DNA of 64,000 nt, from the IMG/VR virus record IMGVR_UViG_3300022555_000044. The stretch is one strand, 5' to 3'. The DNA comes from an uncultured virus (IMG/VR IMGVR_UViG_3300022555_000044) (Duplodnaviria > Heunggongvirae > Uroviricota > Caudoviricetes). Position numbers and translations under genes: made by a program. A model generated the notes under the pieces. It had not been told where the DNA came from, searched no databases, and saw nothing but the letters and a program-made list of their open reading frames with translations. This document shows, piece after piece, positions 49,729-58,514 of the stretch; position 1 is the stretch's first letter; every line of letters begins with the position of its first letter.

Positions 49729-52700
49729 TTACCATAATAATTTTTCCTCTGCTTCTTGCCACAATGGTTCAACTAGATTATCAACTCTATCGTTACAGCA
49801 ATATTGAATTATTCGTTTTTCATCTGGTATAAACCACACAGGCAATTTATCAACATCTTCTGGGAGTGCAACACAGTCAACTTCTGATAATTTATACTTC
49901 TTAGATAAAATATTATAAAAATTAGATTGTATATTTTGTGGCGCCTTAGAAATATCAATTGCTTTTATTGGCCATAAATGACCTTTTGAACCAACTCGAA
50001 AATCTTCACCCATCAATGCGTTCCACACAAGCATTGATTTTAAATGCTGCGGTAATGCCTTATAGTCAGCTAAAGGTTTGGAAAATGATATGGTTCTAAC
50101 AATTGAATTATCTCGTTTACATATAAGATCATACATCTCTTTTCTAGTTCTATCAACTATTTTATCTACAATTCCTTTGATATCTGATTTTTTTACATCT
50201 CCTAGAATAACATCCAGAATTTCATTCAGCATCTTTCTTGATCGTTCTGGAATTTCGGACCTCCGGACTTCGATACCTTTTATTTCTCGTATATTGATAT
50301 CTCGACCTTCTTGACTAATTACTTTAAGTGCGTAATGTTTTTTACCGTTTAAGGTATAATAACGAGAGAAAATATATTCATTTTTAAGATTTATCATCGA
50401 ATTTTTTTTAGCAATATTATGATATTTTAAAAATTCATTGAGTGCTGTTTCATTGATGAATTTTTGAATTTTATCAATTTCATTTAATACTTCTGGTGAT
50501 TTTTTAACTTCAATTTTTTGATCTTTTAAATAAGAAGTAACATCACAAAACATCGAGTCGGTATCACCATATAAAACTTCTTTTAAAGATTCAACTTTTT
50601 TCATAAAATCTTTATTGATTTTAAACGAATAAAGTTTACCTCTAGCTAACAAATATTCATCCATGTGTGTTGCAGAATATTTTAGTAACTCTTGTCCGGT
50701 GAGTGTCACACTTTTCGCCAAATCATTATTATAAAATTTAAAGTGCTCGTTCGCTAATGCACCATATAAAGAATTGGATAGAATCTTAAAAGCCATTTGC
50801 TTGCCGTTGTACTCGATAGTTTTTTGTTTATCTCCAGATTCTTTTGCTTCAAACATTTTCTTCTTATATACTTTTCTACCTTCAAACAACATTGAAATAA
50901 CGGTATTGAATATGCTTAAATATTTATCATGCCCGTAGAAAATAGTACCTGCGATATTTAATTGTACATCATTTTTTTCACACCATTTGTTAAATTCTGC
51001 GATAGTCATCTTGGTTTCAAGTTCATTGTGAATAGGATCTAAGATAATTTTTACTTCTTTAACCATATCTCTATTATAAATAATATTAAACATTTCTGTT
51101 TCAGATATTTTACCAATGAATGTATCTGGTCCAATATTGAAACTGTTAATTATACTTGGATAGAGCGACGCGAAATCAAAATCTATTAATATACCCTCAT
51201 ATAATCCACCTCTAGCATCCATGACATAAGCACCAGGAAGTTCAAGTTTCTCTGCGGTCTTGGTTTTATTTCTGGCGACCAATCCTTTTTTCTTCATTGA
51301 AGTCAAGAATAATCCTTCTGCCTGGCCCAATGTTGATGCTGCCCCACTATGACTGGTGGTTGTAATTTGACGCAATTCGTCCTGTAGTGATACATGCTGA
51401 ACTCGATCTTCAAGTTCTTTTAAAAGTTGAGTATCCATCATGGAGTACTGAATATATTTATCAATATCAGTATTATACATCTTATCAATACTCACACCCT
51501 CATGATCAATCTTTTTCTTTCCGATTACCGTTTCTGCAATATTATCCAGTTTATACGATGGTTGGGCGGGCCGGGTGGTATCATTTTTGAATAGTTCTAA
51601 TTGATCTAAAGGAATCAACCCAGTAATAATAACACGACCTCTCGCATCTGCGTATACATTACCAAATGGAGAAAGATCTTTCATTTCAATACTTAGTTTC
51701 TTCATCCGTCCAACGATATATGGTAAGTCGAAAGAATTAGTATTCCACCCGCAAATAAAATCAACATCTAATTCTTTTACCTTAGATAAGAATGATCTAA
51801 TCAAAGTATATTCATCATTGAACATTGTAAGCATTGAATACTTTTTACTTTTAACCAGTTCATCAATCCGAGGATCAATTTCATTTGGAATCTTTAATAG
51901 ATACATTCTCATATGATCACTATCATCATTCAATCTAAAAGAGATTGCATTAATTGGAAATTGTGATGATGCAGGATCTGGAAAAATTCTATTCTTAAAA
52001 GTATAGACTTCGATATCGAAATGAAGAGTATTTTTCTTTAAAACCGGAGCTTCGCCCTTATTCTGTAAGAAATAATCTGCAGAATGAAGAGTAGTCAAAT
52101 TAACATCAGCACCATAACCGAGCATCGTTTGACTTCTATCTTTATGATTTCCAATTTTCAGTTGAAGATTCTGAAATGGTTCAATTATCTTACTATCCGT
52201 ACTCACAGCTTCATACCAATAGAAATCATTATCTTTAATTGGAAATTCGTAATACTCTTTTTTGTTATTCTTATCACGGAAAATATAGATGATTCTTGAC
52301 TGATTAGCGATATGTTGCACATCAATTAATCGATAATCTTCGGTATAATATTTATCTGGAATTGTAAACATATAAGTATTACTACCACCAGAAACTTCTA
52401 ATTTTTCTTCAACCTTCTTTTTGATATTCTTGGCAGGATTATCATTGAGACCAGCTAAATCATTATCTAACCCAATATCAATTTCGGGTTTAACTAAATC
52501 TAATATATTTCCGTAGTGGGTTGTATTACCACAAAACTCAGAAAATCTTTTTGCATATTGACCAATAGTGATCAATTTCTTTGGTGTGCACTTACTGATA
52601 ATCTTCTCTGCATTGTCTTTGCATACTTCTAAAACATTCTCCAAGTCGAGGTTTTCTTTACTATTTAGTGAGCACAATATGGGTGCTGTGATTAAATAAC

Positions 52701-52866
52701 GAACCTTTTTTTCATCAAGAAATTTCTTCAATATATCCCAATCTATTGAATCTGTAATATACAATTCATCAATATTAGATAGGTCTTTTTTACTATTTGT
52801 TTCGCAAGCTTTTCCAGTGTTCTCAAATAATGGGCATTTACTACAATCAGCAAAACTCTGTCTCAT
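49729..52866 (-). CDS. polB: Family B DNA polymerase, gp43-like, with Cys-rich N-terminal extension
   Basis: Exonuclease motifs FDIE, GWNTNSFD, YSMMD; polymerase motifs DFASLYPS, KILSNSLYG, YGDTDS, KKHY. Confidence 0.95.
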   Translation of the reverse strand: MRQSFADCSKCPLFENTGKACETNSKKDLSNIDELYITDSIDWDILKKFLDEKKVRYLITAPILCSLNSKENLDLENVLEVCKDNAEKIISKCTPKKLITIGQYAKRFSEFCGNTTHYGNILDLVKPEIDIGLDNDLAGLNDNPAKNIKKKVEEKLEVSGGSNTYMFTIPDKYYTEDYRLIDVQHIANQSRIIYIFRDKNNKKEYYEFPIKDNDFYWYEAVSTDSKIIEPFQNLQLKIGNHKDRSQTMLGYGADVNLTTLHSADYFLQNKGEAPVLKKNTLHFDIEVYTFKNRIFPDPASSQFPINAISFRLNDDSDHMRMYLLKIPNEIDPRIDELVKSKKYSMLTMFNDEYTLIRSFLSKVKELDVDFICGWNTNSFDLPYIVGRMKKLSIEMKDLSPFGNVYADARGRVIITGLIPLDQLELFKNDTTRPAQPSYKLDNIAETVIGKKKIDHEGVSIDKMYNTDIDKYIQYSMMDTQLLKELEDRVQHVSLQDELRQITTTSHSGAASTLGQAEGLFLTSMKKKGLVARNKTKTAEKLELPGAYVMDARGGLYEGILIDFDFASLYPSIINSFNIGPDTFIGKISETEMFNIIYNRDMVKEVKIILDPIHNELETKMTIAEFNKWCEKNDVQLNIAGTIFYGHDKYLSIFNTVISMLFEGRKVYKKKMFEAKESGDKQKTIEYNGKQMAFKILSNSLYGALANEHFKFYNNDLAKSVTLTGQELLKYSATHMDEYLLARGKLYSFKINKDFMKKVESLKEVLYGDTDSMFCDVTSYLKDQKIEVKKSPEVLNEIDKIQKFINETALNEFLKYHNIAKKNSMINLKNEYIFSRYYTLNGKKHYALKVISQEGRDINIREIKGIEVRRSEIPERSRKMLNEILDVILGDVKKSDIKGIVDKIVDRTRKEMYDLICKRDNSIVRTISFSKPLADYKALPQHLKSMLVWNALMGEDFRVGSKGHLWPIKAIDISKAPQNIQSNFYNILSKKYKLSEVDCVALPEDVDKLPVWFIPDEKRIIQYCCNDRVDNLVEPLWQEAEEKLLW

Positions 52867-52946
52867 CTGGATAACTCCTTTTATTATATTCAGTTATTAC
52901 AAATACCACAACATTATAAGATATATAATATTCGATTGATGAGAAA

Positions 52947-52986
52947 GGGATCAATCCTTACTCCCATAGAAATAAGGATTGATCCC
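52947..52986 (-). terminator. Hairpin, probable terminator
   Basis: GGGATCAATCCTTA / TAAGGATTGATCCC 14-bp stem downstream of 53008..53247. Confidence 0.7.
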
Positions 52987-53007
52987 AATACGAATCGTTT
53001 GAATTAA

Positions 53008-53247
53008 TTACACTGCAGGTGTAACTGCAGCAGTCTCGTCCTTAGCATCACGATGCTTTGTGCGAGCACTATCATTAGCGACTGAGACTTTCCGGAAATC
53101 TTGAAAATCCTTACGAAGCTCCATCGAAAGCTTACGGGCGCGAAGTGCTGCTGACTTATTCTCAGCACCAGCAACGGCGTCCATTTCAAACGAACCGAAC
53201 TTGCTCTTCAGCTTTTCAATGAACTCATAATAAGTTGTATCAGCCAT
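53008..53247 (-). CDS. Histone H1-like Hc1-family DNA-binding protein
   Basis: NKSAALRARKLSMELRKDFQDFRKVS matches the NKxAxxRARKxSxEL pattern; RBS AAGGGAG. Confidence 0.7.
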   Translation of the reverse strand: MADTTYYEFIEKLKSKFGSFEMDAVAGAENKSAALRARKLSMELRKDFQDFRKVSVANDSARTKHRDAKDETAAVTPAV

Positions 53248-53508
53248 GATAACTCTCCCTTAGTTGTTTGTATTTGAGATTCTATTCTTCCGCTTTAACT
53301 TAATTTATTCTTCACTTTAAAAAGCGTATCTTTTGTTTAAAACATCATAACACAGTTTAAAATTTATGGTTTGTTCCTACTAAAGATTTTTGTTTCTTTT
53401 TGATATGTAATTTATAAATCATGAATATATTCAAATGATGTACTCATATAAATAGATTGTTAAAAAATACATCTAGAATAAAAAATATACCTGCAAAATT
53501 TCGATTTT

Positions 53509-53609
53509 GGGGGGGAGGGGGGCTCTGATGAACCTTGAGTTAAGGTTCTTGGGCTCGCAATCGAGATGAAGAGGATGAACCGCTTTGGTTCTTGGGCTCG
53601 CAACTCGAG
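53509..53609. repeat. G7AG6 tract plus two imperfect direct repeats of a double-hairpin motif (candidate origin)
   Basis: GATGAACC-N-GGTTCTTGGGCTCGCAA(C)TCGAG at 53527-53565 and 53574-53609, in the divergent intergenic region. Confidence 0.65.
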
Positions 53610-53757
53610 TATAAAGGAAAGAAAAAAATATATCAAAAAACTAATACACGACCAGTACTTATTTATTATTAGGGAAAAAAATCTTCTATTTTCAACTGAA
53701 TAGTTTTTCTTATGGATACAACATTTTGAATTAAGGAATAAAAATTAAAAGGAAGTA

Positions 53758-54180
53758 ATGAAATCAATTTCATATTTTAACTTTGATCGTAAAAGATCTT
53801 TAAAAACGTTAAGAACTAGATTCAATCATTTTATTATCAGTACAAAATTGTTTCGAACAAAAAATGATAAGATAGCTCGATTGAATTATGATAGGATTTT
53901 AAATCTTATAAATATTACTTTTCAAAATAAAGTAACTTTTGATTCGAATAACATTTTTTATGTATTACAAGCTATTGAGATGTATTGTAATTTCGTAGCT
54001 ATTTTTTCTAATAGTATTAAGAACAATAATGATATTGATTCATTAAAAGATATTCAAATTGAATTTTTTAAAAAACAAGCTGAATTAGAAGAGTTTTTGA
54101 AAGAAAATTTAGAAACGCCATATAAGATGGATCTAACAACTATAAGCGAGCCAGAAAATGCCAATGGAAACAAAGATTGA
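53758..54180 (+). CDS. Hypothetical protein
   Basis: RBS AAAGGA. Confidence 0.55.
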   Translation: MKSISYFNFDRKRSLKTLRTRFNHFIISTKLFRTKNDKIARLNYDRILNLINITFQNKVTFDSNNIFYVLQAIEMYCNFVAIFSNSIKNNNDIDSLKDIQIEFFKKQAELEEFLKENLETPYKMDLTTISEPENANGNKD

Positions 54181-54952
54181 AAGAAGTAAAAGATTAAAAA
54201 TAGCTGTTACAATTGGTCATCGAAGAAGAAAAAATTTATGTATTAAATGTGGTTGTGAGATTCATGATGGAGAATGTGTTGAAAATTATAAACAAGCTGA
54301 TTTAAGAAAAGTTCAAATAGAAGGAAAAATGATAGATATCAGAAGAAAAACAGATACTATTATTTCTTATAGAACTAGAAAGAAACTATGTGTTAAATGT
54401 GGGAAAGAAAAACATTCTGAAGATGAATTATGTACAGAAACATATGAACAAGTAGATAATAGACCGGTAGAAGAAAAAATAGAGAGACCAGCAGTTATTT
54501 TAGCACCAAAAGATAATCCAATTCAAATTCTTGAGGATATCAAAAGAACTGAATCTTTAAAAGTTGATATGGAACCAAATGGAGTTATTAAACTTCAACG
54601 AGATTTTATTGTTATTGATATTAGATCAAGTGAGACTGGGAAATATGTTGATTTTGCTTGTTTGAATCAACTGTCTTCAATTTTTGGAAATTATATTATT
54701 TGTGTAGTTGGAAAAATAGAGAAAATTTTTCCATACTCAGATTATCTAAAAAGTAAAAGATTAATCAATATTTATGAAATTCAAAATCAAACAGAACAAG
54801 AGATAGTTAATTTTATCTGCAGTAGTAAAAAATATTTTGGATTTGATGATCGATATACGAATGTATGTTTAAATCATAATGTTAGTTTTTATATTTTCAA
54901 TCCAAATAGAAATGCAGATGCATTATTACCAGAATTATCTTATAAGATTTAA
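54158..54952 (+). CDS. Hypothetical protein with duplicated Zn-binding motif
   Basis: RRKNLCIKCGCEIH..EC and RKKLCVKCGKEKH...LC. Confidence 0.55.
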   Translation: MPMETKIERSKRLKIAVTIGHRRRKNLCIKCGCEIHDGECVENYKQADLRKVQIEGKMIDIRRKTDTIISYRTRKKLCVKCGKEKHSEDELCTETYEQVDNRPVEEKIERPAVILAPKDNPIQILEDIKRTESLKVDMEPNGVIKLQRDFIVIDIRSSETGKYVDFACLNQLSSIFGNYIICVVGKIEKIFPYSDYLKSKRLINIYEIQNQTEQEIVNFICSSKKYFGFDDRYTNVCLNHNVSFYIFNPNRNADALLPELSYKI

Positions 54953-54965
54953 AAAGGAGATCAGA

Positions 54966-55652
54966 ATGGACACTAGTATTAAGAATATCAAATTAGTTGA
55001 ACTTGCTAATACTTGGCAGGGCGAGGGGCCTGATACAGGTAGACAGATGGTAATTGCTCGTTTTAAGTATTGTAATCTGCATTGTAAATATTGTGATACT
55101 TGGATTAAAATGAAGACTACTGTTGAAGGAAATTATAGTATTGATGATATTAATTCAGCACTTGTAAAAACTCGCGGACTTATGATTACCGGTGGAGAAC
55201 CGACTCTTGAAGCAAATAATATTCGCAATTTATCAAGCACCTTGGAAATGATTAGATATTGTGATTATCAATCTTTAAATGTTGAAACTAACGGATGTAA
55301 CATTGAAGGTTTACTTTCTGGAATGATTGGTGTTGCTGGTTCAACTGTTAAAATCATGTATTCTCCAAAGATCTTTTCTGAAAAAGATTATAAAGAAGGA
55401 ATTGAGAAAGTTAGGAATGTAATTTCCCACCCTTCTGTTTATTTGAAGATCGTTGCTGATAAAACCGAATTAACCGAACAGTTTATTAAAGAAGTGTGTA
55501 CTATTACAGATTCAAAGAGTAAGATTTACTTGATGCCTTTGGGTGTAACATCAGAAGAGATCGAATCAAATTGGGTCTACTGTATAGATCTCGCTGATTC
55601 TGTAAATGCTAACATCAGTACAAGAATGCATATTATGCATAGTTTTACATGA
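54966..55652 (+). CDS. queE: 7-carboxy-7-deazaguanine synthase (radical SAM)
   Basis: TWQGEG...RFKYCNLHCKYCDT, ITGGEP, VETNG, YSPK, STRMH; start at 54966 after AAGGAG. Confidence 0.88.
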   Translation: MDTSIKNIKLVELANTWQGEGPDTGRQMVIARFKYCNLHCKYCDTWIKMKTTVEGNYSIDDINSALVKTRGLMITGGEPTLEANNIRNLSSTLEMIRYCDYQSLNVETNGCNIEGLLSGMIGVAGSTVKIMYSPKIFSEKDYKEGIEKVRNVISHPSVYLKIVADKTELTEQFIKEVCTITDSKSKIYLMPLGVTSEEIESNWVYCIDLADSVNANISTRMHIMHSFT

Positions 55653-55656
55653 AATT

Positions 55657-56580
55657 ATGAATGAGTTGTGTCAGTGTGGTTGTGGTAAAGAAGTTACTAG
55701 TGAAAAGAATAGATTTATTCACGGACATAGTAATAGAGGAAGAAAAGATCTTTATATAAAACGAGCGAAGAATTATAAAGAAAAATACGGTGTTGATAAT
55801 CCAATGCTATTAAAAGAAATTCAGATAAAATGTGAACAAACATGTTTTAAGAATCATGGTGTGAGGCACCCGACACAATTAAAAAAATTTCAAGAAAAAT
55901 CTGAACAAACATGTTTTAAGAATCATGGTGTAAAATATTCAACTCAATCAGAAAAAATTAAAGAACAATCGAAACAAACATGCAAAGAAAAATATGGTTT
56001 TGAAAGTCCAAATCAATCAGAATTGGTTAAAGAAAAGAAAAGAAAAACAAATATAGAACATTGTGGATTTGAAAATCCAATGCAATCAGAAAAAATTAAA
56101 GAACAAGTAAGATTAATAAATCAAGAAAAATATGGTGAAGAACACTGGGCAAAATCACAACAAGGAAGAAAATTTTTTAGAACGAATGCTGTTAAAAGAG
56201 TTGAAACTCAAAAATTAAATGGTGAACCATTAATGCCGTGTATTGGAAATACAGAACGAAACAGTTTAAATGAATTAGAAATGACTATTAATAAAAAAAT
56301 TAAACGAAATGATCATTCTATCTTCGATTTAGTTAGTTTTTTTCCTGATGGTCATATACCAGAATTAAAACTTTTTATTGAATTTGACGAAAAACTTCAT
56401 TTTGAAGATAAAGAAGAAATGACTATTCTAAAACAAAAAGATATTGATAGACAGCATGTTTTAGAATCTATTCCTGGTTATAGAGTTTTTAGAGTTTCTG
56501 AAAAAGACTGGAATGAGAATAAAGATCAATTAATTGAACAATTTAAAATTTTAGTAAAGAAACTTGAAACTGGAGTTTAA
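55657..56580 (+). CDS. Free-standing putative homing endonuclease (CxCGCG, repeats, Vsr/DUF559-like)
   Basis: MNELCQCGCGKEV...FIHGH; FPDGHIPELKLFIEFDE. Confidence 0.75.
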   Translation: MNELCQCGCGKEVTSEKNRFIHGHSNRGRKDLYIKRAKNYKEKYGVDNPMLLKEIQIKCEQTCFKNHGVRHPTQLKKFQEKSEQTCFKNHGVKYSTQSEKIKEQSKQTCKEKYGFESPNQSELVKEKKRKTNIEHCGFENPMQSEKIKEQVRLINQEKYGEEHWAKSQQGRKFFRTNAVKRVETQKLNGEPLMPCIGNTERNSLNELEMTINKKIKRNDHSIFDLVSFFPDGHIPELKLFIEFDEKLHFEDKEEMTILKQKDIDRQHVLESIPGYRVFRVSEKDWNENKDQLIEQFKILVKKLETGV

Positions 56581-56584
56581 TTAT

Positions 56585-56968
56585 ATGAGTACAGTAAAGA
56601 TTTATTTAGCATCAACAATTTATACTTCTGAACCCGGTATTAGTTGGAAACAAAGATTTACGAAAGAATTTGATCCTGATCTATATAGATTTTTTGATCC
56701 TGATCCAATTAATGAACCGGAATCTTATTGTATTGCTAAAGATAAAGCAGAAATTTCAAACTGTGATATTTTTGTTGCTTATATTGAAAGACCCTCATTT
56801 GGTACGGCAATGGAGATAATGTACGCATCAATGTTACACACTAAACCAATTATGATTATTGATCCGAAAGGTATTCTTATGAATGATTTGTGGGTTTCAT
56901 TTCATGCTCATCTGATTTGTTCTGATGTTGTTGATTGCGCTAATCATATCAAGACAATGAGATTCTAA
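56585..56968 (+). CDS. Nucleoside 2-deoxyribosyltransferase-like protein
   Basis: KIYLAS...DKAEISNCDIFVAY...SFGTAMEIMYA; start at 56585 after GGAG. Confidence 0.75.
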   Translation: MSTVKIYLASTIYTSEPGISWKQRFTKEFDPDLYRFFDPDPINEPESYCIAKDKAEISNCDIFVAYIERPSFGTAMEIMYASMLHTKPIMIIDPKGILMNDLWVSFHAHLICSDVVDCANHIKTMRF

Positions 56969-57009
56969 TTATTCTTTAATGAATAAATTGTGTTAAAAGG
57001 AGTTTATTT

Positions 57010-57744
57010 ATGGTTAGAGAAGCTATGCTTTGTAGCGTTGGATTGGATTCTTTTATCTTAAAACGATATTTAGAATTGCAACGTCATGAGTTTGATTGTC
57101 TATATTTTAATCATGGTGGCAGATATGTTGAAAATGAAATGAAGTATTTAGATTCTTCGACCAAGATTATTACTAATATGTGTTTTCAAGAGATTGAGAT
57201 GCCAAATGCTTTTATTCCCAATAGGAATATTCTAATGTCTATTATGGCTAATTCATTAGGATATTATATGATTTGGATTGGTGGTTCTGCTTCTGATAGA
57301 GTAAATGATAATAATGAAAAAGTATTCGAACAACTATCTGATTTTTTAACAAAAATGACCGGACGAATAACTAAAGTTGATTCTCCATTTTGGAATAGTT
57401 ACAAGGAAGATATGATTCTGTGGTATGTCAGAAATGGCGGAGTACCAGAACATTTAATTTCTAAAACATTTTCTTGTTTTAATCCATTACCTGTAGCTCA
57501 AAAAATTTCATTAAGATATAGTAATTCCATGGATAATTTTGATTATGATACAACTGAATGTTTGAATTGTGCTGCATGTTTCAGAAAATGTGTTTCAATA
57601 TGGTCTACCGGTCATTTTATCCCATTTCGTAATATAGATATCGTTAAAAAATATAAAATCGAATTTACCAATTGTTTAATTGAAACTACAAGATCTAGAA
57701 ATACATTATCTTATATCAAAAAACTGGAATCTTCAATATCATGA
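57010..57744 (+). CDS. queC: 7-cyano-7-deazaguanine synthase-like protein
   Basis: Variant PP-loop SVGLDS, IPNRN, TFSCF, CLNCAACFRK Zn motif. Confidence 0.82.
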   Translation: MVREAMLCSVGLDSFILKRYLELQRHEFDCLYFNHGGRYVENEMKYLDSSTKIITNMCFQEIEMPNAFIPNRNILMSIMANSLGYYMIWIGGSASDRVNDNNEKVFEQLSDFLTKMTGRITKVDSPFWNSYKEDMILWYVRNGGVPEHLISKTFSCFNPLPVAQKISLRYSNSMDNFDYDTTECLNCAACFRKCVSIWSTGHFIPFRNIDIVKKYKIEFTNCLIETTRSRNTLSYIKKLESSIS

Positions 57745-58271
57745 GTGACGATAAAGAAAAGAAAGTTTCTGTCTATACCATCATGAATCGATGGTTATAT
57801 GATGGAAGCACATCTACTAAAATACCAACCGAACTTGAATCGGATAAATCAATCTCTCAGATGTATCTGCTTTATTATTTTCGTGCTAGTCCCTATGGAT
57901 TAGTGATATCAAAACTTTTAAATAACTGGGGTATTTTTTCATTAGATAGAATTGAGATTTTATATTTTCTAAAAGAATGTATAGCTAGAAGTGGTTATAA
58001 GCCACCATTCATTCAGAAAATCCCAGCTAAGAAAAATAAGTTATATGATAATCTGAAAGAACGATATCCTTATTTGAAAACTGAAGAAGTTAATATGCTC
58101 GTTGGTTTCGTTGATGCTTCAGATGAAAAAGATACAATGTACGAGATGTTCGGTATATATTCTCCAGGAAAGAAAAAGATAACCAAAGAACAGAAAAAGA
58201 AATTAGAAAAAGAAAAATCTGAACCCAAGAAAGAATTATCAGTAGATAACTTACTGGAGAATTTTAAATGA
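57741..58271 (+). CDS. Hypothetical protein, possibly gp62-like small clamp-loader subunit
   Basis: Size and basic C-terminus are loosely compatible; no diagnostic motif. Confidence 0.35.
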   Translation: MSDDKEKKVSVYTIMNRWLYDGSTSTKIPTELESDKSISQMYLLYYFRASPYGLVISKLLNNWGIFSLDRIEILYFLKECIARSGYKPPFIQKIPAKKNKLYDNLKERYPYLKTEEVNMLVGFVDASDEKDTMYEMFGIYSPGKKKITKEQKKKLEKEKSEPKKELSVDNLLENFK

Positions 58272-58513
58272 ACGAAATACAAAATAAGGAATGTTTTGAA
58301 ACCTTTATAGATGAGATGAGATCTGTGTTGAAATCTCATAATCCATCAAAAGGTAACTCATGGCGGAATCAAGAAGAACATGAGTTGGTTGATAATCTCC
58401 TTGAGGAAGTTCGAGAATTTGAAATTAAAAATGATCCTGATCATGAACTAATTGATATAGCTAATTCTTGTTATTTACTGTGGGCAAAAAGGAAATTTTT
58501 TAAAGGAGTTTAA
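58268..58513 (+). CDS. Small all-alpha NTP pyrophosphohydrolase-like (MazG-fold) protein
   Basis: LLEEVREF...ELIDIAN (ExxE...ExxD). Confidence 0.55.
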   Translation: MNEIQNKECFETFIDEMRSVLKSHNPSKGNSWRNQEEHELVDNLLEEVREFEIKNDPDHELIDIANSCYLLWAKRKFFKGV

Positions 58514-58514
58514 T

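Noticed and set aside
49729..52866. Intein or intron in the long polymerase
   Set aside because: Catalytic motifs show ordinary spacing with no intein or LAGLIDADG signature; the extra length is N-terminal
53525..53570. Hammerhead ribozyme suggested by CTGATGA followed by a stem
   Set aside because: The stem is followed by TCTT rather than the required GAAA, and no stem I/III with a cleavage triplet is evident
53527..53609. Mini CRISPR array
   Set aside because: Only two imperfect copies 8 nt apart, variation lies inside the repeat, and no cas genes are present
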